A DNA stretch of 64,000 nucleotides from Verrucomicrobiota bacterium. Its GTDB lineage: Bacteria > Verrucomicrobiota > Verrucomicrobiia > Limisphaerales > Palsa-1400. The notes under the pieces were generated by a model that worked only from the letters and a program-made list of their open reading frames with translations, did no database searches and was not told the DNA's origin. This document shows, piece after piece, positions 30,320-39,995 of this stretch. The stretch's first letter is position 1, and each line of letters begins with the position of its first letter. The translations under genes were made by a program, and so were the position numbers. The DNA is taken from assembly GCA_049510745.1 (NCBI GenBank), contig JBEKYR010000026.1, forward strand, positions 1 through 64,000, written 5' to 3'.

Positions 30320-31480
30320 ATGTCCCGGAAACTTATGAACCCAAGCGAACTCCGCGCCCAGTGCGCGCAAATGTTGTTGGCCAAAGCCGGCCAGGCGGCG
30401 CGCATGACCGCGTTTGTCGGCCTGGATGGATTCGTCGATGAAATCCTCCAGGTGGTGGACAAACGCGAGAACGCTGAAGTCTATCAGCGCCTCCCCACCA
30501 TCGCCAAGCTGGCGGAACGGCTCGCCGCCGCCGCCGGCAAAAGCGCCAACTTGGAACTGGTCAATCAAACGACCAAACTCGGCGGCAACGGCCCCATCAT
30601 GGCCAACGCCCTGGCCGGCTTCGGCTTGAAGGTCACTTACCTCGGCCTCCTCGGCTACCCGAACCTCCATCCGGTCTTCGCGGATTTTGCCCGGCGCGCC
30701 GAGGTCCACAGCATCGCCAATCCCGGCACGACCGACGCCCTGGAATTTGAGGACGGCAAAATCATGATCGGCAAACACGCCTCGCTCAAGGAAGTCACCT
30801 GGGCCAACATCCTGGCCCGCTTCGGACGCGAGCGCTTTGCCGAAAAGTTCGGCTCCGCCGACCTCGTCGGGTTTGTCAACTGGACAATGCTGCCCTACAT
30901 GAGCCAGGTCTGGGAATCCATCCTGAGGGAAATTTGCCCCGCCATGAAATCCCCGCGGCGCACCCTCTTTTTTGACCTGGCGGACCCGGAGAAACGGACA
31001 CGCGAGGATATTTTGCGCGCGCTCGATCTGATCGGCCAGTTTGAACGGCACTTCAACGTCATTCTCGGACTGAACGAGAAGGAAGCGCACGAAATCGGCG
31101 AAGTTTTCGGCTTGAAACCCAAAAACGCCACGCCGGAGGCCCTGGCGGAATGCGGTTTGGAAATTGCCGCCAAGCTCCGGGCCGGCACGCTGGTGATTCA
31201 TCCGGTCTCCTACGCCTTCGCCATCAGCCGCGGCCAGGTCGATCTCGTGGAAGGGCCGTTCACCGCCAAGCCGCTCATCACCACCGGAGCGGGCGACCAT
31301 TTCAACTCCGGGTTCTGCCTGGGCAGACTGCTGGGGTTGGACAACCAGATGAGCGTGCTCACGGGAGTGACCGCCAGCGGCTTCTATGTCCGCACCGGCC
31401 AAAGCCCTTCCATCGCGCAAGTCGCCGCGATGATGCAGGACCCCGTCAAGTCGCACCCGGCCGCCGCGCCGCGCCCATGA
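30320..31480 (+). CDS. PfkB-family carbohydrate kinase-like protein
   Basis: GGNGPIMANAL, NEKEA and C-terminal TTGAGDHFNSGF signature. Confidence 0.8.
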   Translation: MSRKLMNPSELRAQCAQMLLAKAGQAARMTAFVGLDGFVDEILQVVDKRENAEVYQRLPTIAKLAERLAAAAGKSANLELVNQTTKLGGNGPIMANALAGFGLKVTYLGLLGYPNLHPVFADFARRAEVHSIANPGTTDALEFEDGKIMIGKHASLKEVTWANILARFGRERFAEKFGSADLVGFVNWTMLPYMSQVWESILREICPAMKSPRRTLFFDLADPEKRTREDILRALDLIGQFERHFNVILGLNEKEAHEIGEVFGLKPKNATPEALAECGLEIAAKLRAGTLVIHPVSYAFAISRGQVDLVEGPFTAKPLITTGAGDHFNSGFCLGRLLGLDNQMSVLTGVTASGFYVRTGQSPSIAQVAAMMQDPVKSHPAAAPRP

Positions 31481-31488
31481 CCCGCCCC

Positions 31489-32064
31489 ATGATTTTGGAA
31501 ATCGTCAAATACGGCCACCCGGCGTTGCGGCAAAAAGGCGCGCGCATCGAAAAGCTTACGCCCGAAATCAAAAAGCTGATCGACGACATGTTCGATACCA
31601 TGTACGCCGCCAAGGGCGTCGGCCTGGCCGCGCAACAAGTCGGGCGCCCCTTGCAGTTGACAGTCCTGGACGTGCGCGGCGCCGCCCCCGACCGCCCCTC
31701 GACCCTCGAAATGGGCGGCAAGGAGGCCGACGTCATGGCCCTGATGCCCCTGGTCCTGATCAACCCCGAAGTCAAGGGGATCGGCGATTCGGTGGCGGGA
31801 ACGGAAGGTTGCCTGAGTTTCCCGGAGATTTACGCCGAAATCAAACGTTTCGGCATGGCGGAAGTCCGCGCCCGCAACAAAGCCGGCGAGGACATTGAAT
31901 TTCGCTGTGGCGGCCTGTTGGCGCGCGCCATCCAGCACGAACTCGATCACATCAACGGCATCCTCTTCATCGACCGCATGAGCCGCACCGAGAAAGAGGA
32001 ACTCAAACCGCAGTTGGACGAACTCCAAGCCGCGACCAAGGCCGCCCTGAAGGCGAAGAAATGA
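31489..32064 (+). CDS. def: Peptide deformylase
   Basis: GVGLAAQQVG, EGCLS, QHELDH; start at 31489 or 31477. Confidence 0.95.
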   Translation: MILEIVKYGHPALRQKGARIEKLTPEIKKLIDDMFDTMYAAKGVGLAAQQVGRPLQLTVLDVRGAAPDRPSTLEMGGKEADVMALMPLVLINPEVKGIGDSVAGTEGCLSFPEIYAEIKRFGMAEVRARNKAGEDIEFRCGGLLARAIQHELDHINGILFIDRMSRTEKEELKPQLDELQAATKAALKAKK

Positions 32065-32071
32065 TTCCCCT

Positions 32072-32596
32072 TCAAGACCTTCGCTCTTGCGGTGAGGTAC
32101 CGGAGACGGCGCCATGATGGCGGTCCTCTTGCGGGGGCTCCTCCATCGTGTGCCATTGGTATTCCAGCCGCTGGTTCTGCATCCGTTCGGATTGGTCGGC
32201 GTGATCGGGCGCCTTCGGGTCGATTTGGCTCAACGCCAGGTCAAATTTCTTCAGAGTTGTCGCCTCAATCGCCTCTTCGATGTCGGCATTTTTGCCTCCC
32301 GCGATTGCCAGGGCGCGCTGGTAAAAGGATAGAGACTTGTCGAACATGTTTTTCCGCGCATAGGCTTCGGCCAGCGTCTTGAGGACTTTTGTGTTATTTG
32401 GGCAGTGAACCAGGAGCGGCTCAAAGCGGCCGATGATCGCGTCCGCTGTGGCGGGCGCAACTTGCGGCCGGGGTGGCGGGAGCACCGTGGCAAGGGCCTC
32501 GGCAGCGGGTTGCTCAGGAGCATGGCCGTTCCCAGCCGAGGGCGCTTCCTCCGCGACATGCCGGGCGAAGATTTTCTTCAGCGCGCGCAACACCAT
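32072..32596 (-). CDS. Hypothetical TPR-containing protein
   Basis: LKTLAEAYARKNMFDKSLSFYQRAL is TPR-like; ATG at 32596. Confidence 0.55.
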   Translation of the reverse strand: MVLRALKKIFARHVAEEAPSAGNGHAPEQPAAEALATVLPPPRPQVAPATADAIIGRFEPLLVHCPNNTKVLKTLAEAYARKNMFDKSLSFYQRALAIAGGKNADIEEAIEATTLKKFDLALSQIDPKAPDHADQSERMQNQRLEYQWHTMEEPPQEDRHHGAVSGTSPQERRS

Positions 32597-32923
32597 TCCA
32601 TCTTTCGGATCATCTATCAATACAGAATAACCCCGAAACCTTCCTGTCGCTATGGGGTGTTCACCCCGCCCGGTGGCCAGGGGCGGCGGCTTGTTTAACC
32701 CGCCGGATCGCTTGCGTCGCGCGCGATTCATCCCCCGTACTCAATGCGAATCTGTCGTGCCATCGTCGGCTCTCCTGCTCCCCCGTCGCCCGACTGTCAA
32801 ACCCCATTCCGTTTTCCGGGCCGACCCCTTTCAGAACAACGCAAAGGGCAAGAGACGCAAAGGCGCCAAGGGAAGCTGAGAACTACTTGCGACTTCGCGC
32901 CTTATGGCCTTCTCGTCCGCCGT

Positions 32924-32953
32924 CCTGTCCGCCATAGCTTTAGCGACGGCGGA
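32924..32953. repeat. 30-nt palindromic interspersed element, copy 2
   Basis: cctgtccgccatagctttagcgacggcgga (minus strand tccgccgtcgctaaagctatggcggacagg). Confidence 0.7.
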
Positions 32954-33154
32954 AGCCTCGTATCCAGGGGGATGCGTTTCGTCTGATCCGGTCTGGCGCC
33001 GGGGAATCAGGGGATGTCAAGCAAACAGGGACAAACCGGCGCAACGGGCCGACGCCGGCAACCCACCTAAAAACGCCAGTTTTCTAAGCCCAACTCTTGC
33101 TTTTTAATGGCTCCGGAGCAAAAACGAACCAAACTATGGGTGACCCCTGCTCCC

Positions 33155-34549
33155 TTATTCCGTTTTCCGGGCTTGACCCCTTGCTAATTTGCCGGCCTCG
33201 TTCGTGACAGATTTTAGCCTTTTGCTCGCAGGCGGTTCCTTGAGGCGTTGCTGAACGTCTTCCGCAACTTCTGAAATCTGAATGGCTGGAAGGCTCACGC
33301 CGGTGTAGCTGGCGAGCAAGCGATGTAATTGCGGACGCAAGGAAGCTTTCACCTGCCCTAAAAATGCGTCTGTTTCAGGAGTCGCTCGAAACTTTCCAGC
33401 CGGACGCAGTTTTCCAATGGCATATTTCGCACCCACACCCGACACAAGAGACACCCCACATCCAAAGTAGCTGCCTGCTAATCCGAGCGCACCAGCGACA
33501 AGCGAAGAGGCGACAAGAACTTTATTTGTGCGTAGGAACCCAAAGGCCGCCTTGTAACCCAAATATCGCTTGTTTGTGCGAAGACTATTCAATTCGGCGC
33601 TTAACTCTGCGAGCCGACTGCTCAACCGACTAACAATGATTTCTCCATCTTGAATTGAGGATTGAACAATCTGGTCAACAATTGGAGCTAAGGTCTCGCG
33701 ATGTTCGTTTGCAACCGCGAAGAAATCCTTTGGTTTTGTGCTAGCAGCAAACGAGAACCTTAATGGAGCACTTACCACCTCCGAAATTTGTTTTATGTCC
33801 AATTCTTCAGTTTCGGGCAGAACCTTCATTGCTCCATTAAGCAACTTCGGGACTTCACGCACAGGTAGCATCGAGCGCGAATCATAAGCTTGGCAAGTTC
33901 TGAGACCATAAATCATCTCACTTGTGCCAACTATGGCACCGAGCGCTGCTGCATCATTCCTCTTCACAACACTTTCAAGCATGCCTAACAAATCGGAATC
34001 TGGTTCAATGGCTGGATACAAGTTTTTGAGGCACTCACCGACTAGTTCTTTTGCTCCAGGCGGCGAATTTGATTTCGCAATGTCTTGCAGCATCCTCTTT
34101 TCCGCCTCTTCCATGCAGTGACCGCAAATAATTGTGTTTCCCATTGAAAGAACCCTTATGCTACGGAAAAAATAGAACTCGTTCCTGCTGATGTGTGGAT
34201 GTTCCAGTACGGCTCGAACCACGTCTGGAGCATAGTCAGAATAATTTGCTACGAGGATAGGGATTACATCCGAATGGGTGAGAATCTCGCGAAGAGATGG
34301 AAATTCTTCCTGCTTTAAACAATGCGGACAGAGGATGACAAAGAGTCTTTTTGTGAACGGGTAATTCGCGTAAATACTCGAAAGCTTAAAAGAACCCAAA
34401 ATAACTTTGGGCTCGTTGAGGGAAGGAAGGATTGGTGCAGAATGGAAAATATCTCGGAGTGCAGGGTCTTTGCCATCCTCCGCCAGAGCTTTGCTAAGCT
34501 CTTGAATGCGGCCCAGATGTTCTGAATCGAGTTTCTTAAACACACTCAT
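33155..34549 (-). CDS. Low-GC orphan protein with two CxxC motifs and a C-terminal hydrophobic hairpin
   Basis: 464-aa ORF, visibly AT-richer than its flanks; CPHC, CGHC; VLVASSLVAGALGLAGSYFGCGVSLVSGVGA. Confidence 0.75.
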   Translation of the reverse strand: MSVFKKLDSEHLGRIQELSKALAEDGKDPALRDIFHSAPILPSLNEPKVILGSFKLSSIYANYPFTKRLFVILCPHCLKQEEFPSLREILTHSDVIPILVANYSDYAPDVVRAVLEHPHISRNEFYFFRSIRVLSMGNTIICGHCMEEAEKRMLQDIAKSNSPPGAKELVGECLKNLYPAIEPDSDLLGMLESVVKRNDAAALGAIVGTSEMIYGLRTCQAYDSRSMLPVREVPKLLNGAMKVLPETEELDIKQISEVVSAPLRFSFAASTKPKDFFAVANEHRETLAPIVDQIVQSSIQDGEIIVSRLSSRLAELSAELNSLRTNKRYLGYKAAFGFLRTNKVLVASSLVAGALGLAGSYFGCGVSLVSGVGAKYAIGKLRPAGKFRATPETDAFLGQVKASLRPQLHRLLASYTGVSLPAIQISEVAEDVQQRLKEPPASKRLKSVTNEAGKLARGQARKTE

Positions 34550-34830
34550 TTAAGGAAAATGGCCGCAAACCAGAGTTTTGTCCAGTTTATGATGAACGCG
34601 TCGGGTTTGAACCGTTGGGGGTTGACATGCGGTTCCCCGCAAGGTCATCGGCTTGACTGTTCCATCAGGCTGGCGAAGCACTCGATAAACCGCACGACGA
34701 GAGCAACTTACAGATTGCGTCTCTTGAAAAGAGCTTTCTTGAAAAGGGTCAGCCCGGAATTCGGAATGAGATTCATAACTAAGACGGGGCGGCTCTGTCA
34801 TCCACCCGCTCTATCTGCCTTTTTTGGACT

Positions 34831-37800
34831 CTAAACAGCTTTCGCTTTGCTGAGCGGGGAGAGCGGGCTCCAGGGCTTGGCCGCCGATTCCTTGCCGATC
34901 CGCTGGGCGGCCCGTTCGAGGACTTGCTCGATGTGGACTTCCACCTGCCTGAGGAACGATGGCGAAACGGCGTAGCCGTCGCTCTCGTAGGTCAACAGGG
35001 GCATGTCTGTCTGCATGCTGAGCGGTTTGAGGATGGCTTCGGAAATGCGATAGGGCAGGCAGTTGAACGGACCGATGAGGAAAATGCCGTCGTAGCCTTC
35101 GCTGGCGGCCTCCAATCCTTTGCCGACGCTGGGAATGACTTCGCCAAAAATCGCCGGAGAAATGTGGCGGGAGGCTTTTTCGAAAAGGGAGGAGACGTTG
35201 TTCGGCCCGGCCACGAGCAGGCCGGTCTTGCGGAAAAGCTGGCGGTAGCGGCCTTCATACCAACGTTCGGCCTGATAATTCATCCACTGCCGCAAATACT
35301 GCTGGCCGTCGGGCTGGAACATTCGCAGGCACGCTTTGGCCAGGGCCGGGTAACCGGGTTTCATGCCCCAGTCGCTGGCCGTGCCCGCCACGTCGTGATA
35401 GGCGGCGTATTGAACGAGGTCGCCGAGATCGACGGGCTTGAGGATGATGCCGCCGGCGGCATAGAGTTCGTGGACGCCTTCCATGAAAAACGGACTGAAG
35501 CGGGTGAAGAAGTCGCCGGTGATGACGACTTTGGGGCACGTCGAAGGGTCGCGCTTGCGCGGCAAGGCGGCCAGCCAATCGGCGAAAGCAGGGAGTTTGG
35601 CGTTGAACTCGGCAAGAGAGCGGGCCTCAGCCAGGAAGCGGCGCCATTGGGCGCGGAGTTGCTCGACACTGCCGGGCCATCCGACGGCGCCCAGAACCTG
35701 CTCGATCTCGACCAGGATGTCCGCCAATTGGATGGCCGGGGACACGCTCTGGACCAGGGCTGCGCGGTCAAGGCCGCACCAGTCGTTATCTTTCCGTGGA
35801 TTGAGCAGAAAGAGATCGGGCAGCCGCTGCTCGGCGATGAACCTTTCAAAATAGCCCATATAACAGTCCGAGACGCACGGGGCGCCACCGCGCACCATGT
35901 AGAAGCCGGTGATTTCATCGGGTGGGCGGTGCTGGCTGATTTGCAGCAGTTGCCCGATGCAGATGGGCAGAGGAAGGCACTCGCGCCCCGAGGTGTGCTC
36001 CAGGCCCCGGTCGAGCTGATTTCGGTCCAGCGGAACTGTTTCCCCCACGTGCAGCCCCAGCCAGCGGGCGGCCTGGGCGAGGCCTTCGGAGTGGTATTGG
36101 GAAAAGTTCGGGAAACGGATTTTGACCCGGGGGTCATCCAGGCGAACGGACTGGCCGTTGGTGCGGACGACGCGGCCGCCGGCGGCCAATTTGCAGACGT
36201 TGAACGGTTGAAGGGGACTGGTTTGCCGCGCATGGTAATTGGCGGCGATGTCCAGAAAGGCTTCCAAGCGGGTCTGGATGCCGGCGTCGGCGGTATGGGC
36301 GTCGATCTCCAGGATCAGGTGGGGTTTTGAATCCATCAGTGAAGCCAGGATGGATTGGGTGAAGGCGTCGATGGTGCAACTGAAGTTGCTCACGCAAAGG
36401 AGGAACAAATTGGGATGCTTTTTCACAACGGCCGCGGCGTTCAAAATCTGGTTGGCGAAGTGCCAGACGGTGGGGCCTGCTTCGAGTGGCGTAAGGCAGT
36501 CGGCGGGGATCACGGTCACTCCCATGCTGGAGAGCTTTTTGGCCACGGATTGGGAGGCTTCCGGCGCAAAGGCGCTGTAGCTGTGGCCGGCCAGGAGAAT
36601 CGCCAGTTTGCCTCCCGCCACCGCCTGGTCGAGCGTCTTCTGGCCGAGGCCCCGCAGCGTGCGTTCGGCCTCGACTTGGGCGCGCACGGCGGCCGGCCAA
36701 GCGCTTGCGGCCAGTTCACGCGGCAGCCCCAACTCCCGGACGGCCATCTCGACCATCGCGGAAGAAAGGCCGTAGCCCTTGGAGAAATCCAGCAGCGGCG
36801 AGAGGAAATGGAGGTCTGGAAAGGCCTTGGCCATAAACGAGGGGCTGGCCTGGGTGATCGGGCAGAGGTAACAATCGCCGCACGAGTTGGGTTCGGGCAT
36901 GTGCATCACCTGCGGCAGGAAGATATGGTTGACACCACGCCGCGCGAGGTCGAGCACCGCGCCGTGGGCGATTTGCACGGGAAAGCAAAAGCCGGCGTTG
37001 GACTTCAGTTCGCCTTGCGGGTCCACGCCGGAGAGGACTGTTTCGATTCCCAAGCCGGAGAAGAAAGTGGAAAAAAGCGGATGGAGCGAGTGCGTCAGCA
37101 GCGCTTTCGGAAGGCCAATGCTCCGGCCCGCGTTTGCCGGCAGGCCCGGCGGGCGGCCAAAGAGCACGCGGGTTCTGTCCTCCACCAGGTCCGGAGCCGA
37201 GGCCGCGCGGGATTTTCGCTTCCACACATTCTCAAACAGGCTGCATCGCCCGCCGAATGGGAACACCCGGCCGCCCACTTTAAAACGGTCGATGCCGCAA
37301 TAGAGCTTACAGGCATGGCAGGTGAACCGGCCCACGCGCTCCAGTTCCGGCGCGGCCAGGGCGCGCAGTTGCACGGCGGAGTCCGCCGGAGCGTTGGAGC
37401 GTTTCAAGGCCAGGAGCGCCACGCCCAATGCACCCAGCAACTCCGGATGGGGAGGAATCACCACCTGGCGGCCCACGTGATGAGCAAAAGCATGACCGAG
37501 CGCGCGGTTCAGGGCCACGCCGCCCTGTAGAAACACCTTTTTGCCGACGCAACGCGGCCCCTTGACCTTGGTGAGGTAATTGGCGGCGATGGCATAGACC
37601 AACCCGGCGACAATGTCATCGTGCGAATGCCCCTGCTGCTGGGCGGCGCGAATATCGGAGTTGATGAACGCCGCGCAGGTCGCCTTGAAATGCACGGGGG
37701 AGGCGGCCCCCAGCGCCACGCTGGCTATTTCGGACACCGTCACACCGAGGTCGCTCCGGGCGCTCTCTTCCAGGAAGGAACCGGTGCCGGCGGAACAAGC

Positions 37801-39021
37801 GTTGTTCATGGCATAGTCGATGGGCACGCCGTTGCGGAGATGGATGTACTTGGAATCCTGGCCGCCAATTTCCATGATCGTGTCCACCTCGTTGTCGAAA
37901 TGGCCCGCGCCGGCCGCGTGGGCGGAGATTTCGTTGAAGACAAATTCCGTGCCGAGGTAGGCGCCGACAATTTCCCGCGCCGAGCCAGTGGTTCCGATCA
38001 GGCCGATGGGGCGGTCGCCCACCTGATCGGCAAGTGCTGCGAGGCAGGCGCGCAACGAGGCCACGGGGTCGCCCTGCGTGCGCAGGTAGTGCGAGGCGAC
38101 CACGCCGCCGGTGGCGGGATTGAGCAAAACGGCCTTGGTGGTAGTTGAACCCGCATCCACTCCCAGCACCATGGGGCCGTCAGGGGGCAACTCCCGCGGC
38201 GGCGCAGGGATGACCTGGACCCGATCGGCGTAGCGATTGAGCGGCGGGAGCCGGCCCAGACGCGGCTGGACCGAGAGCTTCGGAGAGCGGTGAAGGGGTT
38301 GGTCGTGTGTCAGCAAAGCAGTGCCCCAAGCCTCGAACCAAGGGCTTTCCGGCCGCACCACGAACTCCGTTTCGGGAAGCTTCGCGCGCAAGGCGGCGAG
38401 CATGGCGGCGTTGCGGGTCACGCCCCCGATCAAGAGCACCCGGCGCCGCGAACGCTGCCCTTTTTCCAGCAGCGCAACCACTTTGTTGGCCATGCTGTCA
38501 TGCAGGGTGTGAAGGATGTCGGCCGGCGCGGCCTCGTTCCGGTTGAGCTTGTGGGTGATGTCCGACTTGCAGTGAACGGAGCACCGGGCGGCCAGCGGCA
38601 CGACCTTGCCCTCCAACGAGAGTTGGATCGCCGCCTCCATTCCCAGTCCCATCCGGCCAATTTGCTGCACAAAGAACTCGCCGCTGCCGGCGGCGCACTT
38701 GTTGTGGGAAAGGACATTGGTGATCCGGCCGCGGGTGAGAAAATAGACCAGGAAGGCCTCTCCGCCCAGCGAGACCACGGCATCGAACTCTTCCTCCAAT
38801 TCACGCAAGGCGCGCCGAATGGCCGCGACCTCGGTCACGTGCCCCAATTGACCCGAGACTCCGAAATAATCAACGCCGGCGAACTCGGCGCCCGCCAGCA
38901 TCGCCTTGAGCGTCTCCAGGGGACGACCACAGTGGGGCGCAACCCGGGCTTCCCTTCGCTCGCCATTCAGGGCAACGGCCTTGACCGACAAGGCGCCGAT
39001 GTTCACACCCGCACACAACAT
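34831..39021 (-). CDS. 2-hydroxyacyl-CoA dehydratase activase-type fusion protein (two BadF/BadG/BcrA/BcrD ATPase domains plus DUF2229/dehydratase-like region)
   Basis: GVDAGSTTTK, EIGGQDSK, CAAGSG and CSAGTG Fe-S motifs, FCFP, EIDAHTADAG..TRLEAF; ATG at 39021. Confidence 0.85.
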   Translation of the reverse strand: MLCAGVNIGALSVKAVALNGERREARVAPHCGRPLETLKAMLAGAEFAGVDYFGVSGQLGHVTEVAAIRRALRELEEEFDAVVSLGGEAFLVYFLTRGRITNVLSHNKCAAGSGEFFVQQIGRMGLGMEAAIQLSLEGKVVPLAARCSVHCKSDITHKLNRNEAAPADILHTLHDSMANKVVALLEKGQRSRRRVLLIGGVTRNAAMLAALRAKLPETEFVVRPESPWFEAWGTALLTHDQPLHRSPKLSVQPRLGRLPPLNRYADRVQVIPAPPRELPPDGPMVLGVDAGSTTTKAVLLNPATGGVVASHYLRTQGDPVASLRACLAALADQVGDRPIGLIGTTGSAREIVGAYLGTEFVFNEISAHAAGAGHFDNEVDTIMEIGGQDSKYIHLRNGVPIDYAMNNACSAGTGSFLEESARSDLGVTVSEIASVALGAASPVHFKATCAAFINSDIRAAQQQGHSHDDIVAGLVYAIAANYLTKVKGPRCVGKKVFLQGGVALNRALGHAFAHHVGRQVVIPPHPELLGALGVALLALKRSNAPADSAVQLRALAAPELERVGRFTCHACKLYCGIDRFKVGGRVFPFGGRCSLFENVWKRKSRAASAPDLVEDRTRVLFGRPPGLPANAGRSIGLPKALLTHSLHPLFSTFFSGLGIETVLSGVDPQGELKSNAGFCFPVQIAHGAVLDLARRGVNHIFLPQVMHMPEPNSCGDCYLCPITQASPSFMAKAFPDLHFLSPLLDFSKGYGLSSAMVEMAVRELGLPRELAASAWPAAVRAQVEAERTLRGLGQKTLDQAVAGGKLAILLAGHSYSAFAPEASQSVAKKLSSMGVTVIPADCLTPLEAGPTVWHFANQILNAAAVVKKHPNLFLLCVSNFSCTIDAFTQSILASLMDSKPHLILEIDAHTADAGIQTRLEAFLDIAANYHARQTSPLQPFNVCKLAAGGRVVRTNGQSVRLDDPRVKIRFPNFSQYHSEGLAQAARWLGLHVGETVPLDRNQLDRGLEHTSGRECLPLPICIGQLLQISQHRPPDEITGFYMVRGGAPCVSDCYMGYFERFIAEQRLPDLFLLNPRKDNDWCGLDRAALVQSVSPAIQLADILVEIEQVLGAVGWPGSVEQLRAQWRRFLAEARSLAEFNAKLPAFADWLAALPRKRDPSTCPKVVITGDFFTRFSPFFMEGVHELYAAGGIILKPVDLGDLVQYAAYHDVAGTASDWGMKPGYPALAKACLRMFQPDGQQYLRQWMNYQAERWYEGRYRQLFRKTGLLVAGPNNVSSLFEKASRHISPAIFGEVIPSVGKGLEAASEGYDGIFLIGPFNCLPYRISEAILKPLSMQTDMPLLTYESDGYAVSPSFLRQVEVHIEQVLERAAQRIGKESAAKPWSPLSPLSKAKAV

Positions 39022-39279
39022 GATCTGATCCTCCGGCGACACACGCCACCTGACGCGGCCTCTTTCCAATCCGTTCCTGCAAAAAGCAGGTTACGGCCAA
39101 AGAAAACGATTTCGCAACTTCACCCCGGCCTGGTCTATTCGCCTTGAACCCAAGCCCGGAGAAAAATAGCTCCCGGTGGCCATTCTGACTTCCCTTATCT
39201 TGGCAATAACCAGTTACTTCTTGCGCATGGCAGAGGGGCAGGAGGCACGGGGTTGAAACGCAAAACGCGGCGGCAAGAA

Positions 39280-39606
39280 TCAGAGCCGGTGGACTTCCTT
39301 CAACTTGGATTTGATTGCCTGTTGGCGTTCCCATGTCACCGAACCGAGGCAGGAATGGAGATTCGTCTTGTCCAGGACGAAAATGAAATCGCATTGGCAC
39401 GCCGTCGGGCCGTCGAAGCCATCCGCTCCGTTGAGGCGGACGTCCAGCTTTTTTGGGTCGCCTTGGAGCTTGTAACAGGCCAAGCCGTTGACTTGCAGGC
39501 GCTGCGGATTATCCAGCCGTTCCTGGCCGGAAAGGATGACAAACCAATGATCGCGGGCAAAGCCCGCTGGCCGGCATTTCCAAATCTCCCACTGATGAAG
39601 GTTCAT
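39280..39606 (-). CDS. Putative PemK/MazF-like toxin
   Basis: 108 aa; QWEIW start, H.FVILS, ADGFDGPTACQCD.I and LGSVT..R pattern of the PemK fold; ATGA-coupled to the upstream small gene. Confidence 0.6.
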   Translation of the reverse strand: MNLHQWEIWKCRPAGFARDHWFVILSGQERLDNPQRLQVNGLACYKLQGDPKKLDVRLNGADGFDGPTACQCDFIFVLDKTNLHSCLGSVTWERQQAIKSKLKEVHRL

Positions 39607-39845
39607 CGTTCGGGTTTTTGCCTGACCTTGCTCATGGCCGATTCGAGCGCCACCCGCTCTTTGTCCGGACCGTAGTCGCCGGCGAAATAGCCGGCCGGCC
39701 GGGGCGACTGAAAGCGGTTGGCGACCGCCGGCAGCCCCGCCCGCAAGGCTTGGCGAATGACCGCCGCCGGCTTCTCTTTGGTCAAGGAAACCACGTCCGA
39801 CAATTCGGTTTCCAGCTCGGCATCCAAATCCACCGTTCGACGCAT
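39603..39845 (-). CDS. Putative ribbon-helix-helix antitoxin
   Basis: MRRTVDLDAEL...AVIRQALRAGL pattern; tttgcacc direct repeats in its promoter region. Confidence 0.6.
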   Translation of the reverse strand: MRRTVDLDAELETELSDVVSLTKEKPAAVIRQALRAGLPAVANRFQSPRPAGYFAGDYGPDKERVALESAMSKVRQKPER

Positions 39846-39995
39846 TTGCACCACTTTGCACCGTTTCGGTGAAAAGTCAAGCGCCAGACCAGGGATTTCA
39901 ACGCTTTAAATACCTCAGTTAATACCTACACGTATTATTTTGGTTGCCAAATCCCCGCCGCCGGGCGATGTTTTCCCCGGCCAAATTATCGAATC

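Noticed and set aside
34640..34720. Minus-strand SCSRRAVYRVL resembling a resolvase HTH remnant
   Set aside because: Too short, and no catalytic domain nearby
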